A program made the position numbers and the translations under genes. The notes beneath the pieces are model-generated. The model saw only the letters and a list, made by a program, of their open reading frames with translations. It had not been told where the DNA came from and searched no databases. This document shows positions 9,338 to 18,912 of a stretch of 54,307 nt of DNA, in pieces (within the stretch, counting starts at the first letter, position 1; the number at the start of each line of letters is the position of its first letter). This stretch comes from an uncultured Thermotogaceae bacterium (lineage in GTDB: Bacteria; Thermotogota; Thermotogae; Petrotogales; Petrotogaceae). Where the stretch lies: the NCBI GenBank assembly GCA_964478535.1, contig CAYZNB010000001.1, positions 1 to 54,307 on the forward strand, in the 5' to 3' direction.

Positions 9338-10876
9338 TTACGGAATATAAACAACATTAATCCCACGATCAATTAATGTTTGAATGTCAATCATATTTTG
9401 AGAATTCGATGAATAATTTAAATGGTTATTTCTCATATCAATATGTGTATTATTTCCAATTCCAGAATTATTTATTAAAGGAGTTAAATCGTTTATTCTA
9501 TTATTATTTATTGCTAAACTTCTTAGATTGATCATTCCTTCTAAAGCAGAAATATCTGTTATTTGATTAAAACATATATTTAGCCAAAGCATATTAGTTA
9601 AATTTTCTAAATCTTTGATGTTTGTTACTTTGTTACCTGCGATAGATAATCCTATTAATTTTTTTAGATCTTTTAAGGGAGAAATATCGCTTATCTGATT
9701 GTTATAAATTTCTATTCTTTTTAAATTAATTAAATTTTTTAAAGGCGTAATATCAGTTATTTGATTATTATAAATCTCTAATATTTCTAAGTTTTCAAAA
9801 TATTGTAATCCTTGAATAGACTTTATATTTTTTTCGCTCAAATCAAGATTTTCTAAATAATAAATATCTGAAATCATAATAGTTCCAAAAGGTTTTCCAA
9901 TTAATTTTCTGATAGCTTTTAATAAGTTTTCATCTTCAAAAGCATTTGTTATGTCATAATCAATTTTTAAATCTTGCGGTATGTCTCTTTGTGGAGTATA
10001 AACAATATTAAATCCACGATCAATTAATGTTTGAATATCGTTCATATTTCGAGAATTTTCAGAAAGATTTAAATAATTATTCCTCATATCAATATTAGTA
10101 TTATTTTCAAATCCAGAATTATTTATTAAAGGAGTTATATCAAATATATAATTATACGGAAAATAAATAGTATTTAAATTAATTAGATATTCTAAAACAG
10201 ATATGTCATTAACCAAGTTATTCCAAAAAGATAATTCTCTTAATTTCAATAATTTTTTTAAAGGGTTTATATCGGTTATTTTATTAGACGAAAAATATAA
10301 TATTTCTAAATTTATTAACTCTGATAAAGATGAAATATCACTCACTTGATTAAAAGGAAAATATAAAATTTTTAATTCAGTTAAATTTTTTAAAACAGAA
10401 ATATCGCTTATTCCATTAACAGAAATTTCTAAAGTTTGCAATTCTTTTAATTCTGATAAAGATGAAATATCAGTTACTTGATTATTAGTAAAAAAAAGCC
10501 ATTTTAAATCAGTTAAATTTTTTAAAACAGAAATATCACTCACTTGATTATTTCTAAAATCCAACATTTGCAAATTTTCAAAATGTTGCAAGCCTTCGAT
10601 AGACTTGATATTTTTCCCACTAATATCTAACCTTTCAATAAAAATAACATCCGATTTCAAAATAGGTTCTTCTGATTTTTCAACAATTTCTCTTATATAA
10701 TTCAATAAATTAATATCTTCAAATGTATTTGTTATATCGCAGATATTATTTTGATCGCTTGAAATGGTATTTTTTATTTTTAATTTATTTGAATTTTTAG
10801 AACCACTATATCCTGTAAATATAAATATTAACATAAGAAAAAATAAGATATTTTTTATCTTACTCAATTTTATCAC
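9338..10876 (-). CDS. secreted leucine-rich-repeat (internalin-like) protein with two complete LRR modules
   Basis: N-terminal hydrophobic signal-like segment and ~22-aa LxxLxxLxLxxNxIxDIxxL repeats. The N-cap, LRR and C-cap unit occurs twice. The TTG at 10867 is better placed after AGAGGTGA than the GTG at 10876. Confidence 0.8.
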   Translation of the reverse strand: MIKLSKIKNILFFLMLIFIFTGYSGSKNSNKLKIKNTISSDQNNICDITNTFEDINLLNYIREIVEKSEEPILKSDVIFIERLDISGKNIKSIEGLQHFENLQMLDFRNNQVSDISVLKNLTDLKWLFFTNNQVTDISSLSELKELQTLEISVNGISDISVLKNLTELKILYFPFNQVSDISSLSELINLEILYFSSNKITDINPLKKLLKLRELSFWNNLVNDISVLEYLINLNTIYFPYNYIFDITPLINNSGFENNTNIDMRNNYLNLSENSRNMNDIQTLIDRGFNIVYTPQRDIPQDLKIDYDITNAFEDENLLKAIRKLIGKPFGTIMISDIYYLENLDLSEKNIKSIQGLQYFENLEILEIYNNQITDITPLKNLINLKRIEIYNNQISDISPLKDLKKLIGLSIAGNKVTNIKDLENLTNMLWLNICFNQITDISALEGMINLRSLAINNNRINDLTPLINNSGIGNNTHIDMRNNHLNYSSNSQNMIDIQTLIDRGINVVYIP

Positions 10877-11155
10877 CTCTAATAGTAAAAAATTTTCAAG
10901 ATTTATAATGTTTTATACTATTTTACCTTAAATAAATAATTTTTTCAATTTAAATATAAAACAATATTACTTTTATTTATAATGATAAAAATGTAATTGT
11001 TGCAAAAAAGCAATTATAAGTTTATACAATTTATCTGATTTATTTAAAAAATAATCTTTTAGTGATTTTTAAGTTAATTATAAAAATAATAAAAAAAATG
11101 ATATTTATTCTTCAATGTTCCCAATGTTAATTTAAGAAAAATATTAATTTAAATA

Positions 11156-11164
11156 TGGTATAAT
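11156..11164 (+). promoter_or_regulatory. candidate extended -10 promoter (TGgTATAAT) for the GH3/radical-SAM operon
   Basis: TGnTATAAT lies 35 nt upstream of the ATG at 11199, at the end of a 320-bp AT-rich spacer. Confidence 0.35.
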
Positions 11165-11198
11165 TAAAGTAAATATTTTTTGTGCGGGGGGGATACAA

Positions 11199-11903
11199 AT
11201 GAAATTGAATGGTTTTGAAATAGATTATTTAAATCTTTCTGATTTTGAGAAGTCTCAGATGTTTAAAATTATGGAAAATCATTATGAAAATATGATTTTT
11301 GAAAAATTTTTAAAAGATCTTTCAGAAAAAGACAAAATATTTATTTTAATAGATGAAAAAGAAAATATAAAAGGTTTTACTACAATAAAATTTATGGATT
11401 TTAATATTGAAAATAAAAAAATAAAGGGTGTATTTTCAGGAGATACTATTGTAGATAAAGATGTTGGATTTGAAATTCAATTACAAAAAATGTGGGTAAA
11501 TTTTATATTTAAATATTTGAAAGCTAATCCTCAAGAAAGTTTATATTGGTTTTTAATATGTAAAGGATATAGAACTTACGGTTTTCTGCCTATGTATTTT
11601 AAAAAGTATTATCCAAATTATGAATATAATACTCCAGCTTTTGAGAAAAGTATTATGGATAATTATGCTTTTTTAAAGTACGGAAAGAATTATGATAAAA
11701 CGACTGGAATTATATATAATGATGGAAGCAATGATTATTTAAAAGATGATGTTGCACCTGTAACGGAAAGAAAACTCAAAAATCCCGTTGTAAAATTTTT
11801 TGTAGAGAAAAATCCTGGATATGTTAATGGTGATGAACTTGTTTGTCTCGCTCAATTTTCTTTTTCAAATTTTAAAGATGTTTTTGAAAGGATGTTGAGA
11901 TAA
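11199..11903 (+). CDS. hypothetical protein, first gene of GH3/radical-SAM operon (possibly a GNAT-fold acyltransferase; not established)
   Basis: 234 aa, ATG after a GGGGGGG Shine-Dalgarno. No motif I can name with confidence. Confidence 0.7.
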   Translation: MKLNGFEIDYLNLSDFEKSQMFKIMENHYENMIFEKFLKDLSEKDKIFILIDEKENIKGFTTIKFMDFNIENKKIKGVFSGDTIVDKDVGFEIQLQKMWVNFIFKYLKANPQESLYWFLICKGYRTYGFLPMYFKKYYPNYEYNTPAFEKSIMDNYAFLKYGKNYDKTTGIIYNDGSNDYLKDDVAPVTERKLKNPVVKFFVEKNPGYVNGDELVCLAQFSFSNFKDVFERMLR

Positions 11904-11906
11904 CTT

Positions 11907-13559
11907 ATGGGTTTAACAAAATTTTCAAATATGATTTGGATGAAACTTAGTAAACCTTCTTATTTAAAACATTTAAAATCAACTAAAAATGTTTCGCAAA
12001 CACAAAAAAATTTACTTTTGAAAATAATATCTGATAACAAAAATACTAAATTTGGTTTGAAATATAATTTTAAAAATATAAAAAATATAGATGATTATAA
12101 AGAAAAAGTTCCTATTTCAACATATGATGATTACAAAGAATATATAGAAAATATTTCAAATGGTGAAAAAAATATCCTTACAAAAGAAAAAATATTAATG
12201 CTTGAATTATCAAGTGGAACTACTTCATCTTCAAAATTTATCCCTTATACAAAATCTCTAAAAAAACAATTTATGAATGGCGTGGCTGCTTGGATTTATG
12301 ATATTTATAATAGTAATAATAAACTGATGAAATTAAAATCTTATTGGTCTATTTCTCCAATAACTAATGAAAAAAAATATACAAAGGGAGGAATAAGTAT
12401 AGGTTTTGAAGATGATGGTGGATATTTTGGTTTTATTGAAAATCTTTTATTTAAAAATATTTTTCCAGTTCCTGCAGAAATTAAATTTATCAAAAACATA
12501 GATAATTTTAGGTATTTAACTTTACTTTTCATGATGCGAAATAAAGATTTAGGATTAATTTCAGTATGGAACCCAACATTTTTAAGTATTTTATTGTCAC
12601 ATATCGATAAATGGAAATTTCAAATTATAAATGATATCGGCAGCGGAAAAATAACATTGCCTGTAAAAGGTGTTGAAAATAATAAAATATTAGAAAAACT
12701 AATAAAAAATAACAAAAAAAATAACAAACGTTTTTTTGATTTAAAAGATATTTTCGATAATTTCGCTAATAATTATATTGAAAAGTTATGGCCTGAATTA
12801 ACTTTAATTAGTTGTTGGACTGATGGAAACTCATCTTTTTATATTGATGAAATTAAAGTACTTTTTAAAAAAAGTGTAATTCAAGGAAAAGGTCTTCTGG
12901 CAACTGAAGGTATTGTATCTTTTCCTTTATACGAATCTGGAGGCAAGAATATTTCTGTAAATTCTCATTTTTATGAGTTTATAGAAGAAAAAACTAAAGA
13001 AATTAAAAATATAAATGAATTAGAAAAAGGGAAAATATATTCTGTTGTAATAACTACAAGTGGTGGATTGTATCGATATAATCTTCAAGATTTAGTAATT
13101 ATAGATGGTTTTTATAATCAATGTCCGCTCATAACTTTTTTAGGAAAAGAAGCAAAAAATTCTGATTACTTTGGCGAAAAATTGAATGAAGGTTTTGTTA
13201 ATCAAAAATTGAATGAATTATTTGAAAAGGAAAATATCGTTCCTTCATTTTATATGGTTTGTCCTGAAAGAGATAAAGAAAAATTTTTTTATGTTCTTTA
13301 TCTTCAAAGTAATGAAATAAAAAATTTTGGCGTAATTGCAGATGTTTTGGATTTTAAATTTAGAGAAAACTTTCATTATGATTACTGCCGGAAATTAAAT
13401 CAGATTGATAAATTAAAAATATTTCATGTGAAAGGAGATGGCAAAAAAATTTATCAAGAAAGATGTGTGAATGAAGGTCAAAAAATTGGGGATATTAAGC
13501 CAAGTATTTTGCACAATAAAATTGGCTGGAAAGATATTTTTCCTGGGAATTTTATATAA
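11907..13559 (+). CDS. GH3-family acyl-adenylate-forming (amido synthetase-like) enzyme
   Basis: 550 aa with the GH3/ANL motifs 'LELSSGTTSSSKFIPYT', 'LLATEGIVS' and 'GGLYRYNLQDLV'. Confidence 0.8.
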   Translation: MGLTKFSNMIWMKLSKPSYLKHLKSTKNVSQTQKNLLLKIISDNKNTKFGLKYNFKNIKNIDDYKEKVPISTYDDYKEYIENISNGEKNILTKEKILMLELSSGTTSSSKFIPYTKSLKKQFMNGVAAWIYDIYNSNNKLMKLKSYWSISPITNEKKYTKGGISIGFEDDGGYFGFIENLLFKNIFPVPAEIKFIKNIDNFRYLTLLFMMRNKDLGLISVWNPTFLSILLSHIDKWKFQIINDIGSGKITLPVKGVENNKILEKLIKNNKKNNKRFFDLKDIFDNFANNYIEKLWPELTLISCWTDGNSSFYIDEIKVLFKKSVIQGKGLLATEGIVSFPLYESGGKNISVNSHFYEFIEEKTKEIKNINELEKGKIYSVVITTSGGLYRYNLQDLVIIDGFYNQCPLITFLGKEAKNSDYFGEKLNEGFVNQKLNELFEKENIVPSFYMVCPERDKEKFFYVLYLQSNEIKNFGVIADVLDFKFRENFHYDYCRKLNQIDKLKIFHVKGDGKKIYQERCVNEGQKIGDIKPSILHNKIGWKDIFPGNFI

Positions 13560-13564
13560 AAGGG

Positions 13565-14899
13565 GTGAGGAATTTGAAAATAGTATTTTTATCTCCTGCA
13601 GGAGCTATGCATAGACATTCTGGAAATTTTGGGAAATCCCTTCATTATGCTCCATTAACTCTAACAACTCTTGCTGCAGGTATTGATGAAAAGTATTTGC
13701 CAGAAATAAAAATATATGATGAAACAATAGAAGAAATTCCTTTAGATATAGATGCAGATATTATTGGAATAACTACAATAACTGGAACTGCTCCAAGAAG
13801 TTATAGATATTCTGAATATTTTAGAAAAAAAGGAATACCTGTAATAATGGGCGGAACACATCCTACACTTATGCCGAACGAAGTTGCTCAATATTGTGAT
13901 AGTGTTGTTGTTGGTCAGGGAGAATTTTTATGGGATGAAATTCTTGATGATTTAAAAAATAATAATTTAAAAAAAATTTATAACGGTCATAAACCTTATG
14001 AAAAAAAATATCCAATCCCAAAAAGAGATTTGATGGATATGAAAAAATTTATAACAGGGAATTCAATAGAAGCTACAAAAGGTTGTGTGAATGATTGCTT
14101 TTTTTGTGCTGTTTATGCTGTTAACAAAGGCGTACATTATAAGCGTGAAATAAAAGATGTCATTGCAGAACTTGAAAAAATGAAAGGGAAAAATGTTATA
14201 TTTATTGATGTAAATTTAGTTGCAGATAAAGAGTATGCAAAAAATTTGTTTAAAGAAATGATTCCTTTAAAAAAATGGTGGTTTGGACTTTCTACCGCTG
14301 ATGTTATAACTGACGAAGAATTATTTAAACTTATGGTAAAAAGTGGTTGCAAAGGTTTATTAATAGGTTTTGAAGCTGTTACTGAATCTTCTTTAAACGA
14401 TATGAATAAAAATCACAATAAAAAATTAGATTATTCTTATTTGATGAAAAAAATGCATAGTAATGGTATTTCTATAAATGGAACTTTTTGTTTTGGTACA
14501 GATTCAGATAATAAAGATGTTTTTAAAAGAACTGTAGATAAAGTTCTTGAATTAAAAATTGATTTACCAAGATATTCAATAATGACGCCATTTCCCGGAA
14601 CAAAACTTTATGAGACTCTTGAATCTGAAAAAAGAATTTTTGAAAGAGATTGGTCAATGTACGATGTTCAGCACTGTGTTTTTAAACCTAAAAATATGTC
14701 TCCTAATGAGCTTGATGAAGGAAACATTTGGGCTTGGGAAGAAACTTATAAAAATTTATCTATAGCTAAAAGAATTTTAAGGTTTGATATTATGCTTCCA
14801 ATAGCTATTTTAACGAATGCAGGGTATAAAAATTATGCGAAAAAACTCAGATATTTTGATAGAAAAAGGATGACGGATAATTCTGATATTCCTTTATAA
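13565..14899 (+). CDS. B12-binding-domain radical SAM protein, paralogue 1
   Basis: N-terminal Rossmann-type B12-binding-like domain ('IIGITTITGTA...VIMGGTHPT') and 'GCVNDCFFC' CxxxCxxC motif. The likely true start is the TTG at 13574 (MKIVFLSP), 5 nt after AAGGGGTGAGG, which matches the paralogue N-termini. Confidence 0.85.
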   Translation: MRNLKIVFLSPAGAMHRHSGNFGKSLHYAPLTLTTLAAGIDEKYLPEIKIYDETIEEIPLDIDADIIGITTITGTAPRSYRYSEYFRKKGIPVIMGGTHPTLMPNEVAQYCDSVVVGQGEFLWDEILDDLKNNNLKKIYNGHKPYEKKYPIPKRDLMDMKKFITGNSIEATKGCVNDCFFCAVYAVNKGVHYKREIKDVIAELEKMKGKNVIFIDVNLVADKEYAKNLFKEMIPLKKWWFGLSTADVITDEELFKLMVKSGCKGLLIGFEAVTESSLNDMNKNHNKKLDYSYLMKKMHSNGISINGTFCFGTDSDNKDVFKRTVDKVLELKIDLPRYSIMTPFPGTKLYETLESEKRIFERDWSMYDVQHCVFKPKNMSPNELDEGNIWAWEETYKNLSIAKRILRFDIMLPIAILTNAGYKNYAKKLRYFDRKRMTDNSDIPL

Positions 14900-14915
14900 A
14901 AAGGAGTTTTATATT

Positions 14916-16250
14916 ATGAAAATAACTTTTATAAGACCAAACATGAACGACGAATTTTCAAAAGATGCAATGCAACCTTTAGCTTTTGCGGTTTTGAAAG
15001 GATTGACTCCTAAATATATTGAGACAGAACTTTTTGATGATAGAATTGAAAAAATTAATTTTGAAACAAATTCAGAAGTTATTGCAATTACCGCAGAAAC
15101 TTTCACTGTAAAAAGAGCTTATGAAATAGCTACAGAATTTAAAAAAAGAGGAAAAAAAGTTATTATGGGAGGATATCATCCAACTTTTATGCCTGAAGAA
15201 TCTTTAGAATTTTGCGATAGTGTTGTTATCGGCGAAGCAGAACCTTTATGGCAAAAAGTTATAGTTGATTTGGAAAATAATGAATTAAAAAAAATTTATA
15301 AATCTAGTGAAAATTTTGAAGTTGAAAATGTTTTTTTTGACGAAAGTATTTTTGAAGGAAAAAAATACGCTTCTGTTATTCCTGTTCAATTTTCAAGAGG
15401 CTGTAAATTTAACTGTGAATTTTGTTCTATTAGTTCTTTTTATAATAAAAAAATAAAATTTCGATGTATAAAAAATGTCGTTGAAGAAATAAAAAGAAAA
15501 AATTCAAAATATTTTTTTATAACTGATGATAATATTTTTACAAATAAAATAAAGTTGAAAGAATTTTTAAAAGAGCTGATTCCTTTAAAAATAAAATGGG
15601 GATGTCAAATAAGTATAGATATTTCAAATGATGAAGGTTTGCTCGATTTAATGGCTAAAAGTGGTTGCATATCAATTTTAATAGGTTTTGAAAGTCTAAA
15701 TCAAATCAATTTAAAGCAAATGAATAAAGATACAAATATAAAAAATTTTGATTATAACAGTAAAATAAAAAAAATAAAAGAAAGAGGTATTATGATATAT
15801 GGAACTTTTGTTTTTGGATATGATGGAGATACCGTAGAATCATTTGAAGAAACTTTAAATTTTGCAATTGAAAATAAATTTTTTCTTGCGAATTTTAATC
15901 CTTTAATACCTATGCCAGGCACTCAAATATATAATAGATTAAATTTAGAAAAAAGATTAATATATGACAAATGGTGGCTTGACGACAATTTTAAATATGG
16001 CGAAACAGTATTTTTGCCAAAAGGTATGACTCCCAAACAACTTGAAGAAGGGTGTTTTGATCTTAGAACGAGGTTTAATTCTTATTCAAGTATTTTCAAA
16101 AGAATATGGGATTTCAGAAGTAATGCAAAAAATATTCACAATTTTTTTGTTTATTTTGGCGCTAACTTAATTTCCAGAAGAGAGATTTTTAATAAACAAG
16201 GGAAAAAACTGGGGGGAGAAAATATTGAAAATAACTCTAATAAAACCTAA
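14916..16250 (+). CDS. B12-binding-domain radical SAM protein, paralogue 2
   Basis: 'MKITFIRPN' N-terminus, 'VIMGGYHPT', 'RGCKFNCEFC', and C-terminal 'DKWWLDDNFKYGETVFLPKGMTP' region. Confidence 0.85.
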   Translation: MKITFIRPNMNDEFSKDAMQPLAFAVLKGLTPKYIETELFDDRIEKINFETNSEVIAITAETFTVKRAYEIATEFKKRGKKVIMGGYHPTFMPEESLEFCDSVVIGEAEPLWQKVIVDLENNELKKIYKSSENFEVENVFFDESIFEGKKYASVIPVQFSRGCKFNCEFCSISSFYNKKIKFRCIKNVVEEIKRKNSKYFFITDDNIFTNKIKLKEFLKELIPLKIKWGCQISIDISNDEGLLDLMAKSGCISILIGFESLNQINLKQMNKDTNIKNFDYNSKIKKIKERGIMIYGTFVFGYDGDTVESFEETLNFAIENKFFLANFNPLIPMPGTQIYNRLNLEKRLIYDKWWLDDNFKYGETVFLPKGMTPKQLEEGCFDLRTRFNSYSSIFKRIWDFRSNAKNIHNFFVYFGANLISRREIFNKQGKKLGGENIENNSNKT

Positions 16251-17556
16251 TATTGGAAGAATTTTAAATGGTTCTTATGTAGATGAAGGAAGAATGCAAC
16301 CTTTACAATTGGGTATTTTAGCTGCTTTAACTCCAGAAGATATAGAGGTTGTTATGTATGATGACAGAATGGAAGAAATTCCATATGATGAAAAAACTGA
16401 TTTGGTTGCAATAACTGTAGAAACATTTACAGCAAAACGTTCTTATGAAATAAGTGCTGAATTTAAAAAAAGAAATATTCCAGTAATAATGGGCGGGATG
16501 CATGCTACTTTAATCCCTGAAGAAGTTCAAGAACATGCTGATTCTATTTTGATAGGAGATGCAGAAAATATTTGGTTTGAAATAATTGAAGATTTTAAAA
16601 ATAACCAATTAAAAAAAAGATATTTAGGAAAATTTGGCGAACCTCAAAAAAATATATTTCCTAGAAGAGAAATTTTTAATAAAAAGGGATATTTACCTAT
16701 TTCATTAATGCAATTCAGTCGAGGTTGTAGGTATAATTGTTCTTATTGTGCTTCTAGCGTTTATTTTAATAGGACAAACTATTGCAGAAATGTTGAAAAT
16801 GTTGTTAAAGAAATTCAAGATCAAAATTTAAAATTGATTTTTTTTGTTGATGATAACATTATTTCAAATAGAGAAAAATCTAAAGAACTTTTTAAAGCTT
16901 TAATCCCTTTAAAAATAAAATGGGTTAGTCAGGCGAGTATTGATATGACTGAAGATAGAGAATTAATGAAATTAATGTCAAAAAGCGGTTGTCTTGGCAA
17001 TGTTATTGGTTTTGAATCTTTAGAAATTAATAATTTGAAATCTATGGGGAAATTACATAATATAAAAGAAAACAAAAAACCTTATTACGAACAAATTCAA
17101 ATATTGAGAGATTACGGCCAGCAAACTTGGGCTGCTTTTACTTTAGGACATGAATTTGATACTATTGAATCTATTGAAAAAATTGAAGAATTTTCTATAG
17201 AAAATAAATTTGCTTTTGCTGCTTTTAATGTACTTCTTCCTTATCCTAACACTCAATTTTTTAATAAACTTTTAAATGAAAACAGATTGTTGTATGACGG
17301 TAAGTGGTGGCTTCATGATGATTATAGATTTAATAATGCCGCATTTTCACCTAAAAACATTACTCCCGAACAACTTTCTGAAGCTGCCTTTAAAGCGAGA
17401 AAAAAATTTAATTCTATTTTTTCAATTTTCAAGAGATCTTTAGATTTAAAAACACATATGAGAAATCCAATAAGATTTTTAATTTATCTTCAATATAATC
17501 CCTTAATTAGAAAAGAAGTATTTAAAAAACAAGGGATGATTTTTGGCAAAAACTAA
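16225..17556 (+). CDS. B12-binding-domain radical SAM protein, paralogue 3
   Basis: TTG start after GGGGGGAG gives 'MKITLIKPN'. Also 'VIMGGMHAT', 'RGCRYNCSYC' and 'GKWWLHDDYRF'. Overlaps paralogue 2 by 26 nt. Confidence 0.85.
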   Translation: MKITLIKPNIGRILNGSYVDEGRMQPLQLGILAALTPEDIEVVMYDDRMEEIPYDEKTDLVAITVETFTAKRSYEISAEFKKRNIPVIMGGMHATLIPEEVQEHADSILIGDAENIWFEIIEDFKNNQLKKRYLGKFGEPQKNIFPRREIFNKKGYLPISLMQFSRGCRYNCSYCASSVYFNRTNYCRNVENVVKEIQDQNLKLIFFVDDNIISNREKSKELFKALIPLKIKWVSQASIDMTEDRELMKLMSKSGCLGNVIGFESLEINNLKSMGKLHNIKENKKPYYEQIQILRDYGQQTWAAFTLGHEFDTIESIEKIEEFSIENKFAFAAFNVLLPYPNTQFFNKLLNENRLLYDGKWWLHDDYRFNNAAFSPKNITPEQLSEAAFKARKKFNSIFSIFKRSLDLKTHMRNPIRFLIYLQYNPLIRKEVFKKQGMIFGKN

Positions 17557-17574
17557 TAATGAGGGGATGATTTT

Positions 17575-18912
17575 GTGAAAATAACTTTTATTTTACCCGC
17601 AATAGGAAAGAAAAAAGATGAAAAATATATTAAAACATGGAAAAAAATGGAACCTTTAGTGATAAGCACTTTAAAAAGTATCACACCTAAAGATATAGAA
17701 ACAGAATTTTTTGATGATAGACTTGAATTGATTAATTACGATACTAATACTGATCTTGTTATGATATCTGTTGAAATGTATACTTCTAGAAGAGCTTATA
17801 TAATAGCAGAAAAATTTAGGAATAAAAATGTAAAAGTTATGATGGGTGGATATCACGTTACTTTAATGTCTGATGAAGTTGTAGAACATGCAGATTCTAT
17901 TTTGATAGGAAATGCTGAAAAAATATGGACTGAAGTTATAAATGATCTGAAAAATAATTCTCTTAAAAAGAAATATTATGGTAATTTTGGATTTGAGAGA
18001 GGTATTCCCGATAGAAGTATATTTAAAGAAAAAAAGTATTCTCCGATAGGCCTTGTTGAAACTGGTAGAGGGTGTATATTTCATTGCGAATTTTGTGCAA
18101 TTACCGCATGTTATTCTGGAAAATACCATAAAAGAAATATTGAAGATATAGTAGAAGATATAAAGTCTTCAGGTAAAAAATATTTCTTTTTTGTTGATGA
18201 TAACATTGTTGCTGATCAAAATTATACTATAGAACTTTTAAAAGCTATAGAACCTTTAAACATAAGATGGTCTGCACAAGGTTCTCTCACAATGGCAAAA
18301 AATGATGAGCTTTTATCTTTAATGAAAAAAAGTGGATGTGATGTTATTTTAATAGGATACGAATCAGTAAACAGAAAAAACTTAGAACAAATGAAAAAAG
18401 ATTGGTCATTATCTCTTGGAGAAAGAGATACATTAACCGAAAAAATCCATAGTTATGGAATAAATATATATGCAACATTTGTTTTTGGATTTGATTATGA
18501 TGATGATGAAACTTTTGAAGAAACACTAAGGTTTGCTTTTAAACACAATTTTTTCTTTGCTGCTTTCAATCACTTACTTCCTTTTCCTGGAACAGAATTA
18601 CACGAAAGGTTCGTAAAAGAAAATAGACTTTTAAAAGATAAATGGTGGCTTGATGAAAATTATTCTTACGGCGATATTCCATATAAACCGAAAAATATGA
18701 CGGCAGAAGAATTATCTGAAAAATGTGCTGATGCGAGAAGAAAATTTTTTACTTATTCATCAATATTTAAAAGATTTTCAAAATTACTTTTTAGAAAATC
18801 AGATTTAATGCTATGGCTTATATTTTTGACACAAAATATTAATTTAAAAAAAGAAGTAGATGGCAAATTAAGATTACCTTTAGGAAGTGGTTTGGATGAA
18901 AATCCTAAATGA
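17575..18912 (+). CDS. B12-binding-domain radical SAM protein, paralogue 4
   Basis: GTG start after GAGGGGA gives 'MKITFILPA'. Also 'VMMGGYHVT', 'RGCIFHCEFC' and 'DKWWLDENYSYGDIPYKPKNMT'. Confidence 0.85.
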   Translation: MKITFILPAIGKKKDEKYIKTWKKMEPLVISTLKSITPKDIETEFFDDRLELINYDTNTDLVMISVEMYTSRRAYIIAEKFRNKNVKVMMGGYHVTLMSDEVVEHADSILIGNAEKIWTEVINDLKNNSLKKKYYGNFGFERGIPDRSIFKEKKYSPIGLVETGRGCIFHCEFCAITACYSGKYHKRNIEDIVEDIKSSGKKYFFFVDDNIVADQNYTIELLKAIEPLNIRWSAQGSLTMAKNDELLSLMKKSGCDVILIGYESVNRKNLEQMKKDWSLSLGERDTLTEKIHSYGINIYATFVFGFDYDDDETFEETLRFAFKHNFFFAAFNHLLPFPGTELHERFVKENRLLKDKWWLDENYSYGDIPYKPKNMTAEELSEKCADARRKFFTYSSIFKRFSKLLFRKSDLMLWLIFLTQNINLKKEVDGKLRLPLGSGLDENPK

